A DNA stretch of 64,000 bases from Mytilus edulis (Eukaryota). The notes beneath the pieces were generated by a model. The model was not told the origin of the DNA. It made no database searches and saw only the letters and a program-made list of their open reading frames with translations. Positions 13,232 to 26,818 of the stretch are shown in pieces. The position numbers and the translations under genes are program-made. Every line of letters starts with the position of its first letter. The stretch's first letter is position 1. The stretch is from assembly GCF_963676685.1 (NCBI RefSeq), contig NC_092352.1:56110001-56174000 (forward strand), in the 5' to 3' direction.

Positions 13232-13758
13232 TGTAATGGACTGACCATTAAGTATAACCACGACTGGGCTCAAGCAATAAGAATATTAGGTGCTGACAAT
13301 TTATTCTCAAGCCAATCTAACAAAAGGTAAAAAGCTGAAAAACAAATAAAATACATTTTTACAATGTGTTCAATTAATGTTATTAAAACGAAATGTCAAA
13401 AGTTATAGATAGCACAGTCCGTTGAATCCGAGAAAATGTTGTACTTTCAAGAGCAGTTAAATATCAAGTGTTTCACAGAGAGACTGTTCAAATATGTATA
13501 GAGTAATTTGAAGGCTTCAAAAACAATGTTAAGTTAACTCACTCTGGTGAGCCACGAATTGTGTCCTAGATGACGTTTGAAATGAAATGTTCCTCGTGAT
13601 CGTTATGACCTTGCAGTTTTCATGTAACGGATCCGTTTGAGAGAGGGAAAGGTAGCGACGGTAAGATGTTTTAACGTTAAAGATGAATAATCCTCCTAGA
13701 CTGGAACACATAAATAGATTAAGAATAGAATCAAACGAACTATATAAACTACGGAACA
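13232..13758 (-). repeat. 5' LTR of the BEL element
   Basis: Minus strand TGTTCCGT...CCATTACA (TG...CA termini), followed by GTAAAAAGTC rather than a TGG-type PBS. Confidence 0.9.
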
Positions 13759-14167
13759 GAATAATAGTAATAGTCGTTAACCATCACCGTCGTTACAGAT
13801 ATAACACATACAGATTTTCCGTTAAACATGGTGAATGTGGATTGCCTTTAAACATGGTGAATGAGGATTGCCTCGCTCGCCGACTTTATTGAAAGTGGAC
13901 AGATGTAAAACATACAGATTTCCCGTTAAACATTGAAATTTTAAAATACATTACGGCTTGTAAAAAATTAATGTGTCGATAAAGTTCGTTTTGTAAGATT
14001 CGGACGTCACGATTAGATTTATACACTCAGCAAAATTTAAAATATGGCGGAACAAAACAAGCGATCAGTTCGGTATGAACATGGATAATTTATTAAGGAA
14101 TTTAGTCTTTCCCAACAATGTAAGTACATTTTTCTTGTCTTTTATTAATACATGTTCATTGTTCTAA

Positions 14168-14468
14168 GGCAGCAACTATTTGATTTTCTGGGGGGGGGGG
14201 GGGGGCTATGGTTTTTTTTGGAAAAAAAAGTTTGTTTCCAGTTTTTGGAGAAAAAAATAATTTGTTTTTGATTCTGAGAAAAAAAAATTGTTTGTTTCAC
14301 CCTCAGCTGCCACTATATGTAATGCTAAAATTGAAAGAAAAAAAGTTGTTTTCGACTTGTCGCGAAAAAAATAGATTGTTTTTCGCCGCAGGCGAAAAAA
14401 AAAGTTTGCACAGAAAAAAAAACCATAGCCCCCCCCCCCCCCCCCCCGAAAATCAAATGGTTGCTGCC
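14168..14468. mobile_element. MITE with ~55-bp TIRs containing poly-G/poly-C (Kolobok-like GG...CC termini)
   Basis: GGCAGCAACTATTTGATTTTC(G)nCTATGGTTTTTTT ... AAAAAAACCATAG(C)nGAAAATCAAATGGTTGCTGCC; TAA-rich flanks (CTAA / TAAT). Confidence 0.8.
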
Positions 14469-16414
14469 TAATATACCGTATATGCTATTTTAGATTTTCA
14501 CAATAGTCTTTCCGCCGTCAAACCAGGGCGGAAAGTGCTAAAGGAAAATGATCAAATGCGATATGACTTCGCATTAGACAAAAAATAAAAAATGAAAATA
14601 TCAGCATGAAAACGTTAAATAGTGAATATATAATGCGAAGGCATATATTTTAGGACTAGTATTGTTCCCAATCTGATAATAACAAACACAGGTCAAAGTA
14701 CGGCTTTGATCAATACCAAACAGCAAGCTATAAGGGACCCCAAAATCATTAGTGTACACAATTCGAACAGGAAAACCAACGATATAATTTCAATATATAT
14801 CCAAACGGGAAAATACCAATGCACCACATCAACAAACGACAACTGCTGAACGACAGGTCCCTGAATCATACAGGACAGGTGCATAAATTGCGGTTATGGA
14901 TAGTTTTGTTTCGCCAGTATACAATACAGTTGCAGTTCAAGGCAACTCTTTCAGAAGTATCTTGTATTTTATTCTAACTAACAACGAACATTTTGTGACA
15001 GGGAATATAAGTAAGGGGGAAAGAAACCTATGTTTTGTTCTGTATAGGTATTTCCGCTGTTATATTTCGGAGCTCTCCAACTTGGAATTAATTGGTTTCA
15101 CAGATATGTAAAGTGTGGTGGGGTTAAAAAGTTTTAAATCGCTATATACAGGTTTAAAAGACTTTGATCTAAAGACAAATGTTTATATCTTTTTTTGATA
15201 TTTACAACAACAAAAAAACGGTGCGGGAAGTGGACATTATTACATTTACGGATGCGGGAACGGGAATATAAAAAAAAATCGGTTTTGAAAAAATAGGTGC
15301 GGGCGGGTCCGTCGAACAAGGAATTAAATTGGTGTGGCCTTACGTAAGAAAACATATAAACTGTAAACAATTGTAGTTTGTTTCATTTAAAAGGAACAGC
15401 ATTTATTTTTGTTCAAAAGTAATCAAAGGATTATAATTTAACACGCCAGACGCGCGTTTCGTTTACATAATGCAGGCGTTACACATCAGCGTATATCACC
15501 GAAGTACACCAAGCGTGTCCAACTAGCATACGCTAGTAATGTTTGATGCAGTCAAATTGTCAATCATATCTGTATCATGTGTACAATGTGATTAGAGCGT
15601 ACGAGAAGCGCACATTAGCGTTTATCGGGCATTGAAGTAACGTATATTGGCGTATGTCTGACGTTTGTCCAACATCAAATGCACGGTACCAAGGAAAAGC
15701 GTCCCTTGAATCGTGTTTGAGACGAGTGCCGGTCGTATCTGGGACCCGTGCTTTCGGGGTGTTTGAGACGTGTAATTATTGGTTGTTTGAACCTCTTCTA
15801 TACAATTTATACTTGGTTTTGTAAATTCACGCACATATCGATTTTACTTTTTTTATGCCACTTTAAATGTCAGAGCAATTTCCGTTTTAAAAAATTAGGT
15901 GTCATACCGCCAAATTATAGTACGTCACATCCGGTTTCATACGAAAATGGGTGGAAACAAATATTCCATTGAATTGGACAGTTGTAAGTGAGGAATACTA
16001 CATTTCTGGGCCATAAACATATATCTTAAGTATTTCAAAGCACCATTGTTTTTTTTTATTTGTGGTTTCTATAGAATATATTTTGAAACTTGAGGTTAAA
16101 TGGTTACTAAAGCTTGCACACAGATAAAAAAAAAAAGAAGAGAGGAACATTAGATTGGTTAATTCCAGTGATGGTTAAATTCTCTTATATGCACTAACAT
16201 TTTAAGTGATTTACTCTAGTACTAAACAGAATAAAACTTTATTCATGCCAAGTTTATCTCTATCAAATCTGCACAATTTTTTTGAAAAGTGCAAATTTAA
16301 CAAAGACTAATATAAAGGGGAAATCAATGATGGTATCAGAAAACGTTTTTGATACGACACGGGTGCGTTTTATATGTTCACGAAGCACTGAAACTACGTC
16401 AGGCGTATGTTCCA

Positions 16415-16700
16415 AGAAAGTAAGATCACAAAAATCCTGAACTCCGACGGGGAAATTCCCTAATCAAATAGCAAAATCAAATAATAAACACATTTAACGA
16501 ATAGACAACTGTCGTATTCTCGACTTTGTACAGGCATTTTCAAATGAACAACATGGTGAATTGAACCTGGTTTTATAGCGCTAAACCCTTCACTTGTATG
16601 ACAGTCGAATCAAGTTCCGTTATATTTACAACGATGCGAGAACAAATCAGACATACTAGGTTAAATTGTCAAAATAGGGAAGAGCAGTCATCACTTTTGT
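16415..16700 (+). repeat. Dispersed repeat family B (AAAGTAA.ATCACAAAAAT.CTGAACTCCGA...CAGGCATTTTC)
   Basis: Related copies at ~26340-27030 (split by an insertion), ~30820-30952 (reverse) and ~61447-61620. Confidence 0.65.
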
Positions 16701-17459
16701 CACAATTTTAATAAGAACAAAAAACAAACAAATGTTTAACATAAAAAGAATCTATCAAATTTAACGACCACATTCATAGCTTACTTTAATATATATGTAT
16801 TTTAAATCGACCCCTACAGATTAAAATATTGAATTCCTATGACCTCATTCACATCAACTAACTCTTAGTGTAAAGTCGCGTGTTTGACGTCAAAATGTAA
16901 ACGTCACACAAGAAAAAATAAAAAAATAATTTTGTCGTTCAAAGTATTTCAAAAATTATAATTTCACATTTGGAATTGTGGTATATCGAGTTAAAAAATC
17001 AAAAGTTTTGTTAGAACTTAATTCAGAAAAAGACAGAGATTTAAAGTTATCAACAAGTTCTTAAGAATTCTTAAAAATCCACATCGATGGTTAATACCAC
17101 TTCGGAGTTAAATAATTTTGTCGTCCAAAATATTTTCCATTCTAATAAAACAATAACATAATAGCGAGATCTTCAAGAGTACAGAGCCACGTCATATGTA
17201 CCAAGGGAATACAAAAAGTCACACGTACAAAACACACTAGCAATAAAGGAAAGATAATACAAACAACACATTGACGGGATGTATAAATACTGAGCCACGT
17301 CAAGAGGATATCACAGAAAACAGACCAAACAGTAAAAGTAATATTAATAATAGAGCAAAGACAAATAAAAGAACAATAAAACACGTTATTAAGATGATAA
17401 ACAACGTTAATACGCAGAATCTATACCTCAAGACCATCATGTATTATTTTTGAAGTTGA

Positions 17460-17898
17460 TACGGATTATTCATCAACAAGGTACAATGTATTGGTACCTT
17501 CCGATGAATTTTTTTTGGAAAAAAAAGAGACATTTTTTACATACTCCTGGTTAATCAACTTTCTGTTCAGACACTAGTGACGTTTTACAAAGTCTGAGTC
17601 GGAGCTCCTAGCTCTTGAATATGGAATAGGTTGGGAAATGTATATCCCTTATGCAAGTGAAGATCGTATATTGCTACTACGGTGGGGGAAATTGATAATT
17701 TCAAAATTAAAATCGTCTCGTGTGTCATATATTCTGGTACTGAGATAACTGTGTATATCAAATCCGAAGTATAAGTCTAAAAATGAGGTAGAGGAAGCCG
17801 TGTCTTGTTTCTTTAATTTTTAGTTCTGGGAGATATATTAATAAAACCCAATCAGAAAAGTTTGGATGGTTAATAGAAAGAACATCATCATCAAATGT
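17460..17898 (-). mobile_element. Penelope-like element RT 3' fragment
   Basis: Minus strand DDVLSINHPNFSDWVLLIYLPELKIKET..., same family as 25656-26156. Confidence 0.65.
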
Positions 17899-20033
17899 AG
17901 TCTTAGTAAGGAAAAATGATAAGAGTCTAAGATTGTGTGTAGATTTTAAACAGCTTAACAAGAAGTCTCGTCTTGATGTCTATGCTATTCCCCGTATAGA
18001 GGAAATACTCGACTGTCTTGCAGGAAACAAGTATTTTTCTACCGTCGATACGAAATCGGGGAGTCACTAAGTAGAGATTTACGAACTGCATAAAAAGCGC
18101 ACAGCTTTTACTGTAGGCCCTTTAGGAGTTTTCGAATTTTGTAGGAAGCCGTTTGGATTATCCAACTCACCTGCAACTTATCAGCGTTTAATGCACGATT
18201 GCTTAGGAGACTTGCACTTGAAAATATGTTGCATATTTATGGATGATATCATTATATTTTCTAGGACATTTGAAGAACATATGGAGAGGTTTAAACTTGG
18301 TTTTGACATAATTAGAGATACTTGTTTGGAAATGGCACCAACTAAATGTACCTTCTGAAAACCAAAGGTAAAGTATGTTGGTCATATAGTCTCAGAGGAA
18401 GGAGTTAAAACTGACCCCGATAAAATGGAGATAATTAAGAATTGGCCAACACCGAAAACTCCAGAGGAAATCAGGCAATTTATTGGTATTGCGGGATACT
18501 ACCGTAGATTTATGCGAAAATTCAGTCAGATTTCTTGACCTTAAATCGAATTAATGCTGACACCAGCTAAAAAGAACAAAAAGAAAATTCAAACCAAAAA
18601 ATCATGGACAGGAAATTGCATTTGGAAAATTAAAAGAACTTCTATCAACAGCACCAATTTTAGGATATGCCGATTATACAAAACCTTTTTTTAAATTACA
18701 CACAGAAGCTAGTATATCAGGATTATGTACTGTATTATATGAACATCATGAAGTACCCAACAGAGTTATACCATATGCAAGCTGTGGACTATCGAAATTT
18801 GAAAAGAACTATCCGGCACACAAATTAGAATTCTTAGCACTCAAATGGTCAGTTTGTGACAAATTTCACAGTTATCTTTATGGCCAATCAAATTATAAAC
18901 CGATAATAATCCACTCATCTATGCGTTAACACCTGCCAACTTAGATGCCACAGGACATAGGTGGATAGCTGCTCTTCCGTTATATGACTTTGACATTACA
19001 CACCGTCCTGGCAAAAACAACTCTGATGCAGATGGTTTATCAAATATACAGAATAGAATCTATCAAAGCTATATGTGGATTGATTTCTACACCATTATGG
19101 AAACTCTATCAATATCACTAAAAGAAGTTGATGAAACAACAATAGATACTAAACATCAAATTTACAACGACATAAATTGGGTAAGTATACAACATCAGGA
19201 TAAAGAGCTTCAACTATAGAAATGGTAAGGTATTACATATTTCAGATAAAACCGTTACACCTCCACCGAAACCAAAACTTAGATTAAAACCGATGTAATC
19301 ACCACCGAAACTTAAATCAGTCATAGTTACAGACACTTCAGACTTAACTACTGAATCTTCATCAGATGATGAAAATTAGTTTGTACCTACAATAAAAACA
19401 GACAATGCTCCATTAAGCACTGAGGATACTGCTGTGTTACAGGAAGAAGAAATTGAACAATAGGATACAACAGAATCAGTTGGGGACGTCCAATCTGATA
19501 TTCAGGAAATCAGAGATGATTCTGAATTAGGAAGCGCTTCTGGTATTGATGAATCTGATCATGAATTATTGAATGAAGATGATACCGTTCAATCTGATAA
19601 TGATAGTGATACGTTAGATGATTTGGTCCTTCGTCCGATACCTTCACCCAGAAGGTCGCGTCGTGCTAGGAGAGAACCAAGGTGGCTAAGGTCTGGAGAT
19701 TTTGTTATGAAAAGTGCAGTGATTTGTGATTGGAAAGCATAATTGAATTTATGGCTTCTGCAATTAAGGATGGAACTCTATCTGGATTAGAAATAGAAGC
19801 TGGAAAAGCTTTAATAGACATTATTTTGAAATTATCAAAGAAATTCAGTGAGATTATTCCATTCAGTTATTGAGATATGTGTATTATCTTTTATATGTTT
19901 GATAGTTAATTTCAATAATTGTTAGTAAGAAGTACTGAGAGCCAGAACTTCACATGTGTATTATATATTGTATTTTTGAAGAAGAAAAAATGACTGCAAT
20001 GACGGGGACGTCATTTCTAAATGCAAGGGAGAT

Positions 20034-21331
20034 TATAGTATAGCTTGATTTTGATCATTTATGTTAATAAATAGTATTTGTATATATTTGTTCACGCATT
20101 GACTGGTTGACTGACTGTGTGACAGAGTATACAGAATGACAGCACTTTGATTTGCTATTCACTTAGGTATTTACATCCTGGGTTCTCTATTTCTTTATTC
20201 CGATTGGTTACTCTGTGACCTCCTTTGATAATGAGGTACTCTTTTCAAATTCTTTAAAGAGATATAGAACATGTGACACTTTATTGTGATGTATAGATAT
20301 TTATTCTTCTTATTCTGGAAACCATTCTTTATATTCAGGTCAGTTATATTCTTTACATTAGTATTTGATGCATGTATTTCTATATTTTTATCTTGGTATG
20401 AAAGATATCCTCAATGCTCTGCAACTTTGTACTTGTTTGGCTACATAAATATTTTGATATAAGCGTCACTGATGTGTCTTGATAGTGTAGACGAAACGCG
20501 CATCTGACATACTAAAGTGTAATCCTGGTACCTTTGATAACTAAATATGAATGTGTTATGAAAATGTGTATGAAAGTCCACTTTGATTCCCATGAGTATG
20601 AAAGAGTTTATATTTTTACTTTAAGTTGGTAAGACAGAAAGAATATTACAGATATTATAATATTATTTTTTCATATTTGGCTGTTAGATTCCAGCATAGA
20701 ATATTGTCTTGCATTTAGTTTAACTAGATTATATACTATTTTTTGACATTAAGACTTATGAAGTCATATTTCTCTATATTCCGATTCCAGTATGTGGAGT
20801 ATAAATCAGTATAAGAGTACAGTAATCTTATAGAGGAGCACTGCTCAGCCCTTGTATTATATACACGATAAGCTGTGTTCTGTGTTGTCTATTTGTACTT
20901 ATGTGTTTTAATTAATATGTGTCTTGTCTGTGTTTTTTAATGTGTTATTTTTTAGTTTACGAATATCTCCGAATAGAATAGTGTATAAGAATTGATTAAT
21001 TTAAATGATGATCGTTGACACAAGGTGTTATTGATATATGTAGGTTTGCATATTGAACAGTCAACGGAAATAGACTTTGGTACAATGGCTTATGATTTGT
21101 AGTAAAACATACTTTATTAATTATGGTATATTTCGAACTGAAGTTAACTACTTGGATAATTTATATTTTATTATATTGATATGGAGTATAATTAGAGTTA
21201 ACGTTCTTTGAACGTATGCATTGTGTCTTATTGTGTGTTTTAAATATTACAGGGTGTTTATTTGAGATTGCCTATAATAAACCATTAGAACCTCACTCAG
21301 AGTTATTTTCGCCAAACTTGATGAGTCTACA
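20034..21331 (+). repeat. Putative 3' LTR of the Gypsy element
   Basis: Starts T(A)TAG right after the PPT, ends CTACA, with AATAAA at ~21276. No second LTR in the window to confirm it. Confidence 0.55.
20463..20510 (+). ncRNA. Degenerate minimal type I hammerhead ribozyme in a retrozyme fragment (~20405-20543)
   Basis: GCGTCA-CTGATG(T)-GTCT..AGAC-GAAAC-GCGC-ATC-TGACAT. Core A9 and stem III are mutated. Confidence 0.6.
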
Positions 21332-23095
21332 TGTATAACACAGTTTGGGCTTCATTGCTATACAATCTATTTTCGTGTTATTGACTATGTATAAACAAGG
21401 ACTTCAGTGTGAAACAAACATCAGAAAAATGTGATAAAAACATAACAATTTAATGTTTCAAAACAAAAAAATGAGAAAAATAAGCGTGAGATTTGAACCC
21501 CATCATAAACCCAATCCATTATTTACAGTTTCAAGCGCGTCCTATAAAGCCACGGCGACTTTTGAAGACATAGCTAATATTTAGCAGCTATAAAGGTACA
21601 ATTGAGTGATGTTTATCTTGTTATTAAACAAAGTAGTGTGTTTATGTATTAAGGACACTAAACCAATTCATTTTTGATAGAAAAAGTTGTATACATAACA
21701 ACAACAACAAAATACATAACTTTGTTTTGGGTTGAGGTGTCCTTCTTGTGGAATTCCCTGTTTTCCAATCTAAACATGGTAAATTCCGCAATTTAAAATA
21801 TCAGAGGAAATTGGCCCAACAATTTACCTCATTCTAAAAATTTAATATAATTCAAGATTAGGTTTCTAATTATGTTTTTTGAAGTTTTTTTTATAACAAT
21901 TACAAGAATACTAATAAAACTGAAAACTTGTAATGGTGGGCACATCGTTACTTTAAACTAAAATCATACAAATAAATTAGGTGATTAAATATCTCTACTT
22001 TTACACACGAATAGAAAAGAAAAAATAGAATCACAACCACAAACGATCGCGATATGATACAAACAAATATCTAATCAGAACTACAAATTAAACTGCGTAT
22101 CTAATACATAAACGCTTGATGAACAAATACCGCGACATGTCTTATAGCAATGCTAATTAACATTCATATATCACGTTCGATACTTAAAAGACCACTGGCA
22201 GGCAATGTAAATGGTTAACCACAATCTAAAACGTGTGAAAGTTAGAATTTGCATATTTTAACCAAGAGATTAATGACCTGATACAGGTCTCTTATATGGA
22301 CGCCACACCATAATCCAAAACTAACATAAATGAACTTGAATTTTAAAATACAAGTCTAACGAAAGCCAGAGGCTACTAAATTGGAAATGGCGGATAAATG
22401 AGGTTGGATTAAACATGTTAAGTGAGAAATTTCAACCCTCCCCGTATACATTCAACAATGTTTAACAATCCACAGTAAGAACAAAAAACACTAAATTTGA
22501 ACCACACAATGTTCTATCATCTTCTATTCCTGGCTTTCTAATACTTTATCTTGACTGTTTGTGTTATACGTGTGTACATGTATGTAATCAGTATCTTCCA
22601 TAGATTTGATTTTTAAAAGTAAAAATGGTGAAATATAATTCATTTTGTATCCATGACAACATTCGGCATTTATTTACCATAAAATATTGCAAAAAGGGTG
22701 GTAAAAATGTCACATATTCTCAAAAATTTGGTTCAAACTAGGTTTTCACTGCCTTTGAGTGATACCTTTTCAGAAACTGTTGATATTAATCTACCAAATG
22801 ATCATATAAAAATGGGTGTCTTTTGCCTCGATCATTTTGTCGTAAAGTTAAGTGCAAAATTCGTATGACAAAAGGTTGGAAAAAAACATTACAATAATTG
22901 CCGGACCAATATTTGGTATGACTATGAAAATACGGACTGTCATACAGAAAAAAGCCCATATTACATGCATTACATAATCTTGATGTCCCTATAAACCCAC
23001 CAGGAAGGCTATTTTAATCTTCAGCTATCCTATTTCACAGGGGCGTAAATGCGAAACTACACACTTACTGTGAAGTGCTACCAAACACACATACA

Positions 23096-24171
23096 CAGTA
23101 TATATAATTGTTGTGATTACAATTCGTCATTGGCGAAAAAAATGCATATAACGATTTATTGTCAGCCATCTTGTTTAATTACTTTTTTTGAGTTTCTCGG
23201 AATTTACCTGATCAGACTCGGAATTCATCTTGAACTCGTTATGATTTTGACAGAAAACCAATAATTAGCTGATTGCATGTTACAGCTGTCGACATCAAAG
23301 GACTAATTAATAAAGGTGTTGATTGCATTATTATATATAACAAAATGATAAGGTTAAATGGCGTCCGTTACATAAAGGGTTTATTAACCACTTAGCGACG
23401 TACGTGTTTGAAGTAAAATTTTGACGATTTCTCTCGTTCTTTTTATGATAGTCCAGAAAAGGAAAATGTTGTTATGATAAAAAATGTTCAAAAGAAAGAA
23501 GGGTCTCTGATTTAAAACTTTATCATTTAACTTTGATTTAGATAATTGATTTGAGTAGGTACTATAAAGTCGTTTTAAGTGACACACGTGTTTCAAGCAC
23601 AGTTTTACTTATTTACGACGGTCTAAAAAAGAAAACTGTCGTTATGAAGAAATCTTTTCATAAGGTTGGTAACAACCCCTCGAATGAGAGTAACCTTTCA
23701 ATGTACTGACTACACCATACATGAGGGATCAATTTCAAGTGATAAAAACTTTTTTTTTGTTGTAAAAACTACTTCTTAGTACAAAAGAGCACATGTTTTT
23801 ATTTTGAAGATACTTTCCAACATCTTACATCTTTCAGGTATCCAAGACTTTTTTATATTCCAGGACATATCTTCTTTATTTTTAAAAGTAAGTGGCCCCC
23901 TTCTCTTAAAGTTGTTCAAAATATAATAAATTTTCCCTCTAAAGTTCTTTTTTTTTTAAAGGTAAATGTTCAGTTTTTATTATTTACAGTATATACTGTA
24001 AGTTTGAGAGAATAATCATAGACAAAAATTGGGCAAACTCATCTTATTTAGGGGAAGGGGTGGGAAAAAAACATTTGTGTTACTTTGCGAAAAAAATAAT
24101 AAAGTGGCGAAAAATATATTGTTTTGGCGAAAGAGGTGGCGAAAAAAGTAATTGACCCAGGGGAAACCATG
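23096..24171 (+). mobile_element. Non-autonomous hAT element, older copy of 62766-63692
   Basis: 8-bp TSD CACATACA (23088-23095 / 24172-24179); right TIR GGAAACCATG; left TIR reduced to CAG by a deletion; body homologous to the 62766 copy. Confidence 0.85.
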
Positions 24172-25242
24172 CACATACAGCAAAATTACAATGATACATC
24201 AATTAACAAAATACTGCTAGTTGCTTCTGACATTACAGCTCTTGACCCCAATTACATCTATTGAAAGATTATGTCTGCATCATATGTCAATCAGGCACAA
24301 TCCCTATCATAACATCATAAAATATATGATAAGATCATAATTCGTATCATGCCAACAACTATTTAGAATAAATGTGTTAATTCTGATACAAAGACCTTAG
24401 GAGTAAATCAATTATAATTCTAAAAAACAACATCCGTAATGACTTGACAACAGTTTCGTATGCCTTCTGAACAAGTATGATTAAAGGTTTGGTTAGCTTT
24501 TGAATTGTATATGAAACAACGACAAGTAATCGGTATGTAACTAGCGTTTTACTTGCTTTGTTTTTTCTTGTTATGATCTGGCGAAAATCGGACTCATATA
24601 TACATGTATGATTATAAGAATATTAACGTCGACATAGCACAGTATGTTACCATATGAAAACCGGCTACACGGTGAAACTTCTACCGCAAATTAAACAGAT
24701 ATATTATCACTGAGAATCCTCAGTTTTAATTTAAAACATAAGATGATGAATTGTATTCCAAAACAATATATGTGTAGTGTATGGTAGCCCTACCTTATGA
24801 GGATAATATTCAAATTTTAAAGATATATAAAGAAATTGAGGCTTAACTCGCTCGGGCAAAGTTGCCTTTAACTTAATGTGGCTATTTTATGTACTTTTGG
24901 GGATATATCTCTTCATCTGTTTCGCTTCTTAGCATTTTTGGCTTTTACAGTTTTATCTTGAGCGTTCCTGATGGACGTAAATCAAGTAAATTAAGAGGCC
25001 AATCATATCGAAAAAGTTCAGTAGTTCATAATAGTTCTCTAGAATCCACACAACTAAGGGGGTTAACAGTATCACAGTACTTCTGGTATCCCTCTTTCAC
25101 TCCGGACAACGCTTTAGTACGTGTAACTTTAACGGACACCTGTTTGCTAAACATATAAATGAAGCAGTAATGGGCCGTTGTTTGAACAAAAGTTTGTGAA
25201 GTTTGAGGTGTCTAATACAAACAAGTTGCACTTACATACAGA

Positions 25243-26230
25243 AAAGAGGGACGAAATATACCAGAGGGACAGTCAAACTCATAGATTGAAAATAAACTGA
25301 CAACACCATGGCTAAAAATATTAGGACAAACAGAAAAAAATTGTACAGAAGACACAACATAGAAAACTAAAGACTAAGCATCACAAACCCTACCAAAAAC
25401 TGGAGGTGATCGCAGGTGTTCCGGAAGGGTAAGCAGATCCTGCTCCACATGTGGCACCCGTCGTGTTGCTTATGTTATTACAAATCCGATAAATAGTCTA
25501 ATTCGATAGGTCACATTCGTCAAAAGGGAAGAGCATTGTAGTTATTACATAAGGAACAAATCCGATATCATCTGTGAAACGGTTATTCCATAACGGTCAA
25601 TCATTTCGTGATGGCGTCCGTAAAATTTACGAAGGGATGATTTCAACATCACCATTTAAAATTCTTGGTTTAATAGCTTCCTTGTGAGCAGAACCCCTCT
25701 ATTAAGGAAATCATGATAGGAAATACAAGCTCGGGAATATCGTGTCAATTGGGAGATATATACTCCGTATGCAGGCGTTGTTGGAATGTTGCTACATAGA
25801 AATGGAAAGTTCACAATTGGGAAGCTGCAACCATCAAGTTTTGTTTTCAACTCACCCTTATTGTCAATTTCTAGATGGAAGTCAAGAAATGAGGAAGACT
25901 TAACTGTATCTGTAGTATCCTTTATCTCTAGTTTGATAGATTCATTCAACATAGTCACCAATTTTGTATTATTTAGTGAGAGAACATCATCTATATAGTG
26001 GAACGTAAAGTGAAAGGATATTGCTAACTTCTTATCTTTATAAGTTCCTGTATGAAGTAAGCAATATGATAATAAAGAAACAAGTCGACAAGAAGAGGGG
26101 CACAACTGGTTCCCATAGGAACTCCGACAGTCTGTTGAAAAACACGTACTCCACACGTAACAAATATGTTGTCAATCAGGAAATCAAGCATCTTGATAAT
26201 GTCAGTTTCAGAAAATGTGTTTCTTAATCA
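25243..26230 (-). mobile_element. Penelope-like element 3' portion (RT palm/thumb plus 3' UTR)
   Basis: FHYIDDVLSLNN...IKDTTDTVKSSSFLDFHLEIDNKG...FPIVNFPFLCSNIPTTPAYGVYISQLTRYSRAC. The end motif AAGAGGGACGAAA.A.ACCAGAGGG recurs at ~62380. Confidence 0.85.
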
Positions 26231-26654
26231 GTGAAATAATAAATAACTTTAGATTTGCCTAGAGCTACACTGTTCAGAAGTTTTGTTCCTTATATAACTG
26301 AAGTGTTCCTTTTCTTCTTTTTTCTTCAATCACAAAAAAACGAACCCCTAAGGCAAATTAAAAAAGGAAATTCCCACATCAAATGGCCTATTCTAATCGC
26401 TTCTTTCGCTTTGTGAACAAACCCATGCTCTAAATCCAATAAAATTTGTTTGCACTCCGAAATTGACATATTTGACCTAGATACGACAACCGTTCATTTT
26501 GGCTGTTCAAACTCCTCCCTCTGAAAAAATCACAGTGTCAGTCGTTTGATTCTTTACAATCAAAAAAGGTAGGTTCATGGAAGAGCCTACACAAACGATC
26601 TACACTTATACACATCGGACATAGAAATTACCTTAATTGTCCTAATCAGAATCG

Positions 26655-26818
26655 AAATAATTAATGCAAGCTATACTTCATTGTAGTTTTAACACGGGTA
26701 TGCATTATATTCGTGTTATTTTAGTCCTCACTATCGCTCGGGCAAAAATAATCACGAATATAATGCCTACCCATGTTAAAAGTACAATAAAGTATAGCTT
26801 GCATCAATTATTTCTTAA
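26655..26818. repeat. Foldback hairpin (~70-bp arms, GC-rich spacer)
   Basis: GAAATAATTAATGCAAGCTATACTTCATTGTAGTTTTAACACGGGTA... is the imperfect reverse complement of ...TACCCATGTTAAAAGTACAATAAAGTATAGCTTGCATCAATTATTTC. Confidence 0.8.

Larger units (their letters stand above)
8322..13758 (-). mobile_element. BEL/Pao LTR retrotransposon, non-autonomous (gag-protease only, no RT/RNase H/integrase)
   Basis: Two ~530-bp LTRs. Minus-strand fragments encode a coiled-coil gag, three zinc knuckles (CILHKTKHTLNEC, CYKCCESTTHRSRDC, CNECGSERHTTALH), an aspartic protease (YAISDDQSNRS) and AQKLRLGWVIIG, all typical of BEL/Pao. Confidence 0.9.
17899..21331 (+). mobile_element. Ty3/Gypsy LTR retrotransposon remnant (5'-truncated pol, integrase largely deleted, 3' LTR)
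   Basis: VLVRKNDKSLRLCVDFKQLNKKSRLDVYAIPRIEEILDCL, PFGLSNSPATYQRLM, IFMDDIIIFS; RNase H YPAHKLEFLALKWSVCDKF, TDNNPL; purine tract GCAAGGGAGA before the LTR. Confidence 0.85.

Noticed and set aside
8317-13768. ATAGT as TSD of the BEL element
   Set aside because: Present immediately left of the 3' LTR but offset by 5 nt (13764-13768) from the right LTR end, so not a clean TSD.
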